This document shows positions 27,302 through 36,650 of a DNA stretch of 64,000 nucleotides, one piece after another. The notes beneath the pieces were generated by a model. The model ran no database searches. It saw nothing but the letters and a program-made list of their open reading frames with translations, and had not been told where the DNA came from. Source of the DNA: a virus; IMG/VR virus record IMGVR_UViG_3300020558_000217, positions 32,001 through 96,000 of that record; one strand, written 5' to 3'. Both the position numbers and the translations under genes were made by a program. Positions within the stretch are counted from its first letter, which is position 1. Each line of letters opens with the position of its first letter.

Positions 27302-30300
27302 ATGGATCCAAAAATAGAAAAAACGATATCTAATTTCGTTCAGAATCAGTTTCCGCAATTCTATCAAGAGGAAGGCGAAAATTTTATTCTGTTTGTCAAA
27401 ACATATTTTGAATGGATGGAAACTGAAGGTCAGCCTATCAGAGAGGCTAGACAATTATTTGAATATAGAGATATTGATACAACTATTGAAAGATTTTTAG
27501 AATATTTTCAGAAAAAATATTTATACGGAATACCATTCAACATTATTGCCAATAAAAGATTTTTGTTAAAACATATACTTAATGTATATCGTTCTAAAGG
27601 TACAATACAAGGTTATAAACTATTATTCAGATTGATATATAATGAAGACGTAGACGTTTATCTGCCCGGTAAAGATGTTCTTAGGGTATCTGATGGTAAA
27701 TGGGTGGAACCAAAATATTTGGAATTATCTTGGAGTCCAATTTTAGATTCGTTAATTGGTAAAACAATATATGGAGTATCTTCTGGAACTTCGGCTGTAG
27801 TTGAACGAATTGTAAAAGAACGTTTTAACAAAGACGAAATATATGTAATGTATATTAATGATGTTGGTCCCAAAGGCGGAGATTTCATCGTTTCTGAAAA
27901 AATTGTTGATAACCAATTCAAATCTAATTCTGAATTGGTTAGTTTATCGCCTACAGTTTTGGGTTCTTTGGACAGACTTGATGTTTTCAATAGTGGTAAC
28001 TCGTTTAATGTTGGCGACGTTCTTAAAATTGCATACAAAGATTTAGATACAAATGAAATAGATTCATTTGGCGATCAAGGTTTGATTGTAGTTACTTCAC
28101 TATTTCGTGGATTCGGATCGCTCAACTTTAACATCAGAAATGGTGGTTTCGGGTTTACTGCTAATGCTGCTATTTTCTTATATAAAAACATACTAGATCA
28201 AACTGGTCAGGGCGCAAGTTTTAATATTAAAATAGCCGACGTTAGAAGATTAACATATAATACAGATCTATTTTTAGATTTTATGGATCTTCAATTAGAC
28301 GAAATATACGGTTTCAGTAAATATCAAAACGCAAATTCGGCTTCTACACTGGACGAATGTTTTTCCTACGATACAAATGATTTTGGTAGAATAGCGGCGC
28401 TAACAAACGTTTTAACTGGTAATGGTTATATTGCTCCTGCTAATGTTTTTATTCGTTCTACTTATAGATCTAAAAATATTCCGGGAAGATTGACTTGGTA
28501 CAACAGTAACGATTTTATTAACGCTTACTCCACGGACGTCTATGTTAATACCTCATTTATCAGTAATAACGTTATTCTTATAGCAAACGCTGTTAAACAT
28601 TATGATACAAACGCATACGTAGATTATATTGTACCAGCAGGAAATACTGCTATTAATGGTTTGACTGCTAATACAAGATATTATGTGAAAACTACTAATA
28701 CGTTAGGTATTACATTAAGCGCCACTCAAGGCGGAACGACTTTAAATATTAATACAGCTGTCACTAGTAATACCACTGAAAGACATTCTTTCATAACAAA
28801 GGCTCTTACAAAAAGTTTTTTTGCTAACACTACCTCTGTAAATAATGCAAGCTATTCTATCCTAGTAACAGATGCTAATACTTATTTTTACCCAGACGAT
28901 TATGTATATTATCTTGTCCCTGCAGGCAATACTGGGTTACTTGGTATTACACCAAATAGTTTTTATTATGTAGAAAGCTCGAACTCTACAGCTATAACAT
29001 TGAGCGATACATTCACAGGCAATTCAGATCCAATTGAAATTGCAACAGATGTTATATTGGCTGGAGAAACGCATTATCTATTAAATGACACTACTAGAAA
29101 TATTTACCCATACGTAAACGGTTATTCTACACAAGTTTATGCTAATACATTTTCAATTAATAATACTAGTTATGCAATCAAAATAGCAAACGCTGATATA
29201 TATTTTTCTGTTAATGATAGAGTTTATTATGACGTTCCTGTTGGTAATACCGCCATAGCTAATTTAAGAGCAAATTCTGTTGTTTACATCAAAACTTCTA
29301 ATTCGTCAGCAATTACTCTGAGTAACACTGCTGGCGGTCCAGTAATGCAAATTTACACCAGTTCTTCTGGAGCAGCAGAAACACATACTATTAAAACTGC
29401 TAAATTTAGTAAATATTTCGCAAATGATGACGTTATATATCTACAATCAGACAGCACAAATGCTAATACTTTGGAATTGGCAGTTATTAGAAATATAATA
29501 AGCGATGTATCGATACAGCTGTACGGGTTCACTAACAGCAGCTCTACGAGTAATTCTCTTTATGGAAGAGCTGTTGTTATTATGCCTTCTCAGTTTGATG
29601 TTTCAGAGTTTACAGGCAGAAATAAAATTACAGGTAATTCTGATATTTTCAGTATTCTTTCTTATACATATAGTACCTTAGATTATACCAATTTAGCTAA
29701 TATTATGAAAAGGCTAGATGGTACCATAAATGGTATAAATGATAATATCGAAGCTCTAAATTCTAGTGGTAATAATATTGTAGAAAATGTTTCAGCGATC
29801 AATTCTGGTAAGGCTTATGTTGAAGGCGAATCAGTACGAGCTTATCGTTATGGTATTTTGCAAGTACCCACTGTTGCAAAAGGTGGAACAGGTTATGTCA
29901 ATGGTGACACAATCATATTCAGCGGCGGTGTTACTGAAACACCTGCCAGAGGCTCAATTCTGACAAATTCTCAAGGCAATGTAGTTTCTGTTAATACAGC
30001 AGAAGGAGCTTGGTATGGCGGTGTAGGTTATAATTCACTACCAGAAATAAGTATTAGATCAGCGAATAATTTAGCAAATGGCGCCGTTTTAACCACAAAT
30101 TATATCCCATTTGATACAGCCAATGAAATCAGAGGATTAGTGAGAAAAAGCGGAATAGGTAGAGGATTGGGTTATTGGGCGACTACTGATGGACTTTTGA
30201 ATTCGGATAAGGTCATTCAAGATAGTTATTATTATCAGGATTATTCTTATGAATTGAGAACTGCACTTAGTCTAGAAACATACAAAGACGTATTTTACTC

Positions 30301-30622
30301 TACTTTTCACACAGCAGGTTCGGCTCTGTTTGGTAAATATGAATTACAACCTTTTGTGATGGCAAGTAACATAGAGTTAAATATCGATACTCTCGCTAAT
30401 ACGGCTTGGCCGCTTTGGCTAACTTGTGATATCGCAGACCCAAGAATTAGAGCGGACGTGTATCTTGAAGAACTCGCCAACGGGTATCCGCTCCCTGGCG
30501 TTATACTTACTGTAGACCAATTCACATTTTCTAATAATTATTTTGGATGTGATATAAATACAGTATACGCTGACAGCACAGAAATAACTTCTGACAGATT
30601 CTCAGAAGATTTACCAACATAA
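27302..30622 (+). CDS. gp7: Baseplate wedge initiator gp7-like, with three internal repeats of about 95 aa
   Basis: YRSKGT..GYKLLFR and QDSYYYQDYSYE...H.AG motifs; lies between gp6 and gp8. Confidence 0.8.
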   Translation: MDPKIEKTISNFVQNQFPQFYQEEGENFILFVKTYFEWMETEGQPIREARQLFEYRDIDTTIERFLEYFQKKYLYGIPFNIIANKRFLLKHILNVYRSKGTIQGYKLLFRLIYNEDVDVYLPGKDVLRVSDGKWVEPKYLELSWSPILDSLIGKTIYGVSSGTSAVVERIVKERFNKDEIYVMYINDVGPKGGDFIVSEKIVDNQFKSNSELVSLSPTVLGSLDRLDVFNSGNSFNVGDVLKIAYKDLDTNEIDSFGDQGLIVVTSLFRGFGSLNFNIRNGGFGFTANAAIFLYKNILDQTGQGASFNIKIADVRRLTYNTDLFLDFMDLQLDEIYGFSKYQNANSASTLDECFSYDTNDFGRIAALTNVLTGNGYIAPANVFIRSTYRSKNIPGRLTWYNSNDFINAYSTDVYVNTSFISNNVILIANAVKHYDTNAYVDYIVPAGNTAINGLTANTRYYVKTTNTLGITLSATQGGTTLNINTAVTSNTTERHSFITKALTKSFFANTTSVNNASYSILVTDANTYFYPDDYVYYLVPAGNTGLLGITPNSFYYVESSNSTAITLSDTFTGNSDPIEIATDVILAGETHYLLNDTTRNIYPYVNGYSTQVYANTFSINNTSYAIKIANADIYFSVNDRVYYDVPVGNTAIANLRANSVVYIKTSNSSAITLSNTAGGPVMQIYTSSSGAAETHTIKTAKFSKYFANDDVIYLQSDSTNANTLELAVIRNIISDVSIQLYGFTNSSSTSNSLYGRAVVIMPSQFDVSEFTGRNKITGNSDIFSILSYTYSTLDYTNLANIMKRLDGTINGINDNIEALNSSGNNIVENVSAINSGKAYVEGESVRAYRYGILQVPTVAKGGTGYVNGDTIIFSGGVTETPARGSILTNSQGNVVSVNTAEGAWYGGVGYNSLPEISIRSANNLANGAVLTTNYIPFDTANEIRGLVRKSGIGRGLGYWATTDGLLNSDKVIQDSYYYQDYSYELRTALSLETYKDVFYSTFHTAGSALFGKYELQPFVMASNIELNIDTLANTAWPLWLTCDIADPRIRADVYLEELANGYPLPGVILTVDQFTFSNNYFGCDINTVYADSTEITSDRFSEDLPT

Positions 30623-30643
30623 TTTAGTCATAGGGGATTTAAA

Positions 30644-31228
30644 TTGGCAAGACAAGTAGTAAACGTCGGAAACGACCCAAATGATGGAACTGGAACTCCT
30701 CTTAGAGATGCCATGGTTATCATTAATGATAATTTTTTGGAGCTTTATACTAATCCGGTTGTGAATACTTCAATAACAGTCGGCAATTCTTCAGTAAACA
30801 CTGTTGTGAACTCTACATCTATAGTTTTCGGTAATAACTCTTCTGTCATTAGGATTGGAAACACTTCAATCAATGCTATCGCCAACAGTTCAGGATTCTT
30901 TACAGGGAATGGAACTGTCACAGCAAATTCTATCAGTGTTTCCTCTAATACTATAAATGTTGGATCGTTCACAGCTGCAGCTAATGGGTACACATTTTTA
31001 CCAAACGGTTTCAAATTAAATTATGGTTATGTATTTTGTAATTCTAGCGTAGGCAATGCTACTTTTTCGTCAGCGTTTGCGACAGCGTGTTATGTAGTTA
31101 CGGCCACTTCTAATACAGCAGCAGTTACATATGAACCTGCTGTAGTCGGAACTAATACTACCGTGGCTATTATCAGAACATCAAATACAACAGCCGTAAA
31201 CGTTTATTATATGGCTATAGGAAGATAA
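30644..31228 (+). CDS. gp9/gp10-like baseplate-fibre connector
   Basis: NVG..PNDGTGTPLRDAM..INDNF.ELY N-terminal motif; TTG start. Confidence 0.7.
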   Translation: MARQVVNVGNDPNDGTGTPLRDAMVIINDNFLELYTNPVVNTSITVGNSSVNTVVNSTSIVFGNNSSVIRIGNTSINAIANSSGFFTGNGTVTANSISVSSNTINVGSFTAAANGYTFLPNGFKLNYGYVFCNSSVGNATFSSAFATACYVVTATSNTAAVTYEPAVVGTNTTVAIIRTSNTTAVNVYYMAIGR

Positions 31229-31237
31229 GGCGAATAA

Positions 31238-32773
31238 ATGACAGGAGTATTACAACCTTCTTATAGAAAGGCTCTAATTGATGAAATGTTTGATAACATA
31301 AGATCAAACACTTCATATTATTATGCAGTCGCCTCTAATCCTATATTAAGAGTTGGGCCCCTTCCTAATACTACCCCAGACGACTATAATACTAAATTTG
31401 AAACTGATTGGTTAATGTTATTTGGTAAAAAATTATCAATAACCAATTTTGCTCCATTAGTTGATAATAATCTATGGGCGAATGGTTTTGTCTACAAAAT
31501 GTATGATAATAACGATGTAGATTTATATTCAAACAATAAATTTTATGTTATAAGTCCTCCAGAATTTGATGGTGGAACTTATAACATCTTTAAATGTATG
31601 GACAATGCCAATAATTCTCCTTCTACAGTAAAACCAGCAATAGTACAAGTAACTTCTTTTCAAACTGATGATGGTTATGTTTGGAGATATGTAACTTCTA
31701 TTCCATATAGACTTTATAAAATGTTTGCTACAGACACATATGCACCAGTTTATGCAAACAGTGTTACTACTTTATATGCTAATCAATACTGCGGCGTCGA
31801 AAAGGTAGTCATTACTAATACTGGCTCTGGATACGTAGGATACCATGATGGAACTATCTTATCAGCTAACAGCACAGTTATTCAGGTAGGCAATACAGCA
31901 AGTAATGCTTCGGGTATCTATAACAACAGCGCAATTTATATCTATAATGTCACTTTAACAACTTCTCAAATATTTCAAATATCAGATTATGTATCTAACA
32001 GCGTTGGAAAGTGGGTGCTTTTGAATGGAGAGGCTAATACTACAAATATTATCCCAGAAGCTACTCAATATAAAATTTCACCAAGAGTTGTTTTTACTAC
32101 AGATGGCGGTACACAGCCAGTAGCATATAGCGTTGTTAATACTACTACTAATTCTATTAGTAATATAGTTATGCTTGATATCGGCGCTGATATATCATGG
32201 GCAAACGTTTCTATAGTATCCGCTGTTGGTTCTGGTGCGAATGTATATGCTATAGTTCCGCCACCAGGCGGTCACGGTTCTGACCCAGTCTCAGAATTGA
32301 ATGTAAAGGCATTGGGCGTTAATTTTCATTTTGCCAACAGCGAAGGTAATACAGTATCTGACGATTTATTATATAACAAAATTGGTATAATTAAAAACCC
32401 TTACGGTCTACATGCTAATGGCGCTAAAAGTAATACCGCTTACATATCTACAACGTTTAGTCAAACATTAGACGCTAATTTATTGAATCCAGTATTATTT
32501 ACTGTTGGTGATAGAATCTATGGAAATACTAGCAATGCTTATGGTATAGTGGCCTTTGCTAATACATCTAGGATAAAAGTAGTAGGCGATAAAACTTTTG
32601 TTAATGGAGAATTTGTATTTTCTAGCGATTCAGTTTTGAGTTCAGAAATTGATATTATTGATAACGGTAGTATTTACGTTAAAGACGTAAAACCATTATA
32701 TGTCCAAGATATAAATAACGTAAATAGGTCTAATTCTCAAACAGAATCTTTTAAGCTGATCATTGAGATTTAA
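31238..32773 (+). CDS. gp8: Baseplate wedge subunit gp8
   Basis: FKCMDN...STVKP, DGYVWRY, PPGGHGSDPVSEL. Confidence 0.85.
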   Translation: MTGVLQPSYRKALIDEMFDNIRSNTSYYYAVASNPILRVGPLPNTTPDDYNTKFETDWLMLFGKKLSITNFAPLVDNNLWANGFVYKMYDNNDVDLYSNNKFYVISPPEFDGGTYNIFKCMDNANNSPSTVKPAIVQVTSFQTDDGYVWRYVTSIPYRLYKMFATDTYAPVYANSVTTLYANQYCGVEKVVITNTGSGYVGYHDGTILSANSTVIQVGNTASNASGIYNNSAIYIYNVTLTTSQIFQISDYVSNSVGKWVLLNGEANTTNIIPEATQYKISPRVVFTTDGGTQPVAYSVVNTTTNSISNIVMLDIGADISWANVSIVSAVGSGANVYAIVPPPGGHGSDPVSELNVKALGVNFHFANSEGNTVSDDLLYNKIGIIKNPYGLHANGAKSNTAYISTTFSQTLDANLLNPVLFTVGDRIYGNTSNAYGIVAFANTSRIKVVGDKTFVNGEFVFSSDSVLSSEIDIIDNGSIYVKDVKPLYVQDINNVNRSNSQTESFKLIIEI

Positions 32774-32788
32774 TAACGGGAACTCATA

Positions 32789-35700
32789 ATGTCATTAGAT
32801 ATAGATTTAAACGTTGCTCCTTACTACGATGACTATAACGAAAATAAAAATTATCATAGAATTCTTTTTAGACCATCAGTAGCGGTGCAAGCAAGAGAAT
32901 TAACTCAGCTTCAAACAATTCTTCAAAAACAGATAGAGCGTTTTGGAAATTGGGCATTTAGGAGCGGAGATATAGTATCTGGTTGTAATATCTCTGATAT
33001 TCCATCTCTTTCATATGTAAGACTTATGGATTTCGCTTCTAATGGATCAGCTAATACTGCAACATTAGATGTCACAGAATATATTAATGCAGTCGCTACT
33101 AGCGTAACTAGTAATCTAAGAGCAAAAGTTTTATATGCTAATGCAGGTTTTAGTACCAATTATCCTGATACAAATATTTTATATTTAAGATATCTTAATA
33201 CTGGAACTGGAGGGGAAAAAGTATTCTCTAATGGTGAACTCCTTACCTTTGTTCAAGTTTCAGAAGCAGGAAATACAGATTTAGCTAATGTATATTCTTG
33301 GGCTAATACTCTAGCTAATACTGTAACAACTGGAAATGCTCATGGTGTTACTGTTTCTGAAGGTATCATTTTTATCAATGGCAATTTCGTAAGAGTAGAG
33401 AACGAAACTTTCGGATTAGTTAATAATTTTGGAACTTATGCCGGCAATAACGTCATAGGGTTCGAATTAGTTGAACAAATTATTACTGAAACACAAGACA
33501 ACACTTTGTTGGATAATGCTCTAGGTTATTCTAACGAAAATGCGCCAGGAGCTCATCGTCTAAAAGTTTCGCCAATCATACTTTCTTTGACCGAAGAACA
33601 AGCGGCGCTAACCGAGAAATTCAATCCGATTGCTTCATACAATTATGGCACTCTGGTAATCAAATACTCAGAATCTTCTAATTTGTATTCTATAGTAGGC
33701 GATGTTATTGCTAAAAGAACTTATGAAGAATCTGGGAATTATGTAGTAAATCCTTTTGCTGTTGATACAGTAACAAATGTTTTGGACAACAACGTTGATA
33801 TAGCGCCTTCTTCTGCTAATAATGTTCTTGCTAGAGTAAGCGCAGGAATTGGTTATTCTCAGGGTAAAAGAGTTGAGCTTCTTAAAACAGCATATATCGA
33901 TATGCGTCGTGGCGTAGATACACAGACATTAAGTTCTCAACAGATCAGTTTCAATTATGGCAGTTATTTTATTTTAAATGAAGTATCAGGAACTTTTGAA
34001 TTTAATAAATCACAAACTGTTACTTTGTATGACAAACCACAACAGTCAGTAACTAATAGAACTTATGCTGGCACATCGCCTACGGGTAATAATATCGGAA
34101 CAGCAACAGTAAAATGTTATAGTTTTAATTCTGGTGTACCAGGAAGCGCATCTGCAACTTATTTGCTTCATATATTCAACATATCTCTAAATGCAGGGTA
34201 TAACAGTACTCAAATAAAATCTGTTTATTATAATGGTTCTAAAAAAGGAGTTGCTGATGTTTATTCTGTAGGATTGTTAGAAGATCAGTTCAAAAGACAA
34301 CTTTATTCTTTTGGTTTTTCTGGAATAAAAAACATTAGAGATCAAAGTAATAACGTCCAGACTAATTATATTTACAGAAATAAAGCCTCTGGAACTATGA
34401 CTACCACAGGTAATGCGACTATAACATTAACTTATTCTGCGCCTGGAGGCACAGATATACTTCCTTATGGTATAGGTATACTATCAGATGCTACTGCTTC
34501 TGAGTTTACTGTGGTTGCTACTGCTAATGTTGATTCTGCGGTATTAACAGGCACAGTCAGCGTAAATACAACATCAGTTAACGTTGTAGGAACTTCAACA
34601 ACGTTCACCAATAGATTTTATGTTGGAGACAACATAAAGGTAGGCACTGATATAAGAACAGTTATTTCAGTGTCAAATGCTACGTTTTTGACTGTCGATG
34701 CTCCATTTGGTGCGACTAACGCTTCTGCGAATTATTACAAATCTTACATTAGTGGTAAAAACATTCCAATTTCTAGAACCTTCAGTTCTGGTCCTTCAAG
34801 TTTTATACAGGTAACAAACAGTACATCATTTACTATAAGTTCAGGTCAAATTCCTAGTTCATCTTTGAGTGTTGACATATTTTATAATACCCAAAGAAAT
34901 GTTGCATTACCCGCTAAAAAGGTAATCAAGAGAGATGTGTTTGTTAAAATTAACACAGCTTCTAATCCAAAAGGACCATGGTGTTTAGGATTTAGCGATA
35001 TTTTTAAAGTAAATAAAATTTACGGATCTTCAAATGGAACTTATACAACAAACGGTGTAGATTTAACTACTAGCTTTACTTATGATACAGGTCAAAGAGA
35101 CACTCATTACGATTTGGGTTATTTGTATTCTAAGGGCTCATATAGTTCATCATCCTTCCCTAATATTTTAGTTCAACTTGACTATTTTGCTGTAAATACT
35201 GCACCAGGAGTAGGCTTCTTTTCAGTAGAATCTTATCCCGTCGATGATGCAAATACTGCAAACACTAATGCGATACAGACCAAAGATATTCCACTTTATG
35301 TTGACGAAAATGGCGCTAAGTTACCTCTTAGAGATTTCATAGATTTCAGAACTCCTTGTGCAATCACAGCTAACGACACAGGTACAGTTGATACATCTAA
35401 TTCTACTCAAGTTACTACAGCTATAAGTTATGCATCAGTCAATCCTGCTTCGACTTTGACTTTAAGCACCGGCGATGCTACATCAGGTTTGAACGTCCCT
35501 GCTTATGGTAAAAATCTAGAAGCGGATTATACTAGATACCTACCTAGAAAAGATTTAATCCTAATAACTCCAGATAATGTTCTTAAAGTTAAAGAAGGCG
35601 TTTCTAGCCAGAGTCCACAAACTCCTCTATGGCCAGATAATGCTATGGTTCTTTCTGTATTGAATATACCACCATATCCTTCTCTTTCTTCAGATCAACT

Positions 35701-36628
35701 TGATTCGTTTTATCCTATAAATCAAAACTCTAAAAATTTGATTAGAGATACATCAACAGCAATATCTGGAAGTATAGTTAGTAACCGTAGATATACTATG
35801 AAAGATATTGGTACTCTAGACCAAAGAATTACTAATTTAGAATATTATACGCAATTAACTCTGTTAGAAAAAGCTGCTAAGGATTTGTCAGTAACAGACG
35901 CAAATGGTCTTGATAGATTCAAAAACGGAATTTTCGTAGATCCTTTTTCTGATTTTTCTCTTGGGGATGTTTCCAGCACAGAGTATTCTATAGCTATTGA
36001 TTCAGCCAAAGGAGTGGCAAGGCCAAGAATCATAAGAGAAGTTTTTAATATTAATTTTAATAGTTCTAGTTCTATAAACACAAGAAAAACAGGCAGATTA
36101 ATTACCATCGATTATGTCGAAGTACCATTTATTCAACAATATTATGCTACTAAGTATCGTAGTTCTGCTCTTGTTGCATACGCTTGGAATGGAACTCTAT
36201 TATTAATTCCACCATTCGATAATAATAGCGATATTCATAATACTGGTTCTATAAATATTACTATAGATAACACCAAACCTTGGAAAGATTTCGCAGCTAG
36301 TCCTTTTGGCTCTTCTTATGGAGAATGGAGAACAACTACTACTACAACCTCTGATACAGTTATAACTGGAACGCAGAATATAATTAATAGAGATATAGGA
36401 TCATTGGGCGTTGCAGGAGCTGGTAGAGAAATTGCTGGCCCTAGAAGATTTAATGTCGGTTCAGGATCTTGGAATGGCACCGTTGATCTGTTGACAGAAT
36501 CTGGTAGAGAATTAGCTTTGTCATTGGCGGCACAAGAATTGGGTGTTAACGTAGACGTCATCAGAGGTCATCTAACTGTGGTGTACGATGAGGGTATACC
36601 AGGCTATGAAAGAACATTCAATTTTTAA
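32789..36628 (+). CDS. VrlC-like large virion protein, N-terminal part
   Basis: PYYDDY..KNYHRILFRPS.AVQARELTQLQ, APGAHRLK, RTYEESGNY, RYTMKDIG.L..RI.NLEYYT, DRFKNGIFVDPF. Confidence 0.85.
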   Translation: MSLDIDLNVAPYYDDYNENKNYHRILFRPSVAVQARELTQLQTILQKQIERFGNWAFRSGDIVSGCNISDIPSLSYVRLMDFASNGSANTATLDVTEYINAVATSVTSNLRAKVLYANAGFSTNYPDTNILYLRYLNTGTGGEKVFSNGELLTFVQVSEAGNTDLANVYSWANTLANTVTTGNAHGVTVSEGIIFINGNFVRVENETFGLVNNFGTYAGNNVIGFELVEQIITETQDNTLLDNALGYSNENAPGAHRLKVSPIILSLTEEQAALTEKFNPIASYNYGTLVIKYSESSNLYSIVGDVIAKRTYEESGNYVVNPFAVDTVTNVLDNNVDIAPSSANNVLARVSAGIGYSQGKRVELLKTAYIDMRRGVDTQTLSSQQISFNYGSYFILNEVSGTFEFNKSQTVTLYDKPQQSVTNRTYAGTSPTGNNIGTATVKCYSFNSGVPGSASATYLLHIFNISLNAGYNSTQIKSVYYNGSKKGVADVYSVGLLEDQFKRQLYSFGFSGIKNIRDQSNNVQTNYIYRNKASGTMTTTGNATITLTYSAPGGTDILPYGIGILSDATASEFTVVATANVDSAVLTGTVSVNTTSVNVVGTSTTFTNRFYVGDNIKVGTDIRTVISVSNATFLTVDAPFGATNASANYYKSYISGKNIPISRTFSSGPSSFIQVTNSTSFTISSGQIPSSSLSVDIFYNTQRNVALPAKKVIKRDVFVKINTASNPKGPWCLGFSDIFKVNKIYGSSNGTYTTNGVDLTTSFTYDTGQRDTHYDLGYLYSKGSYSSSSFPNILVQLDYFAVNTAPGVGFFSVESYPVDDANTANTNAIQTKDIPLYVDENGAKLPLRDFIDFRTPCAITANDTGTVDTSNSTQVTTAISYASVNPASTLTLSTGDATSGLNVPAYGKNLEADYTRYLPRKDLILITPDNVLKVKEGVSSQSPQTPLWPDNAMVLSVLNIPPYPSLSSDQLDSFYPINQNSKNLIRDTSTAISGSIVSNRRYTMKDIGTLDQRITNLEYYTQLTLLEKAAKDLSVTDANGLDRFKNGIFVDPFSDFSLGDVSSTEYSIAIDSAKGVARPRIIREVFNINFNSSSSINTRKTGRLITIDYVEVPFIQQYYATKYRSSALVAYAWNGTLLLIPPFDNNSDIHNTGSINITIDNTKPWKDFAASPFGSSYGEWRTTTTTTSDTVITGTQNIINRDIGSLGVAGAGREIAGPRRFNVGSGSWNGTVDLLTESGRELALSLAAQELGVNVDVIRGHLTVVYDEGIPGYERTFNF

Positions 36629-36650
36629 TGAATTGATCTAGGAGATAAAA

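Noticed and set aside
19152-32773. Bacterial contractile injection system or T6SS locus
   Set aside because: The genes are embedded with gp2, gp4, gp32, gp33, gp59 and T4 late promoters, so this is a lytic phage tail module
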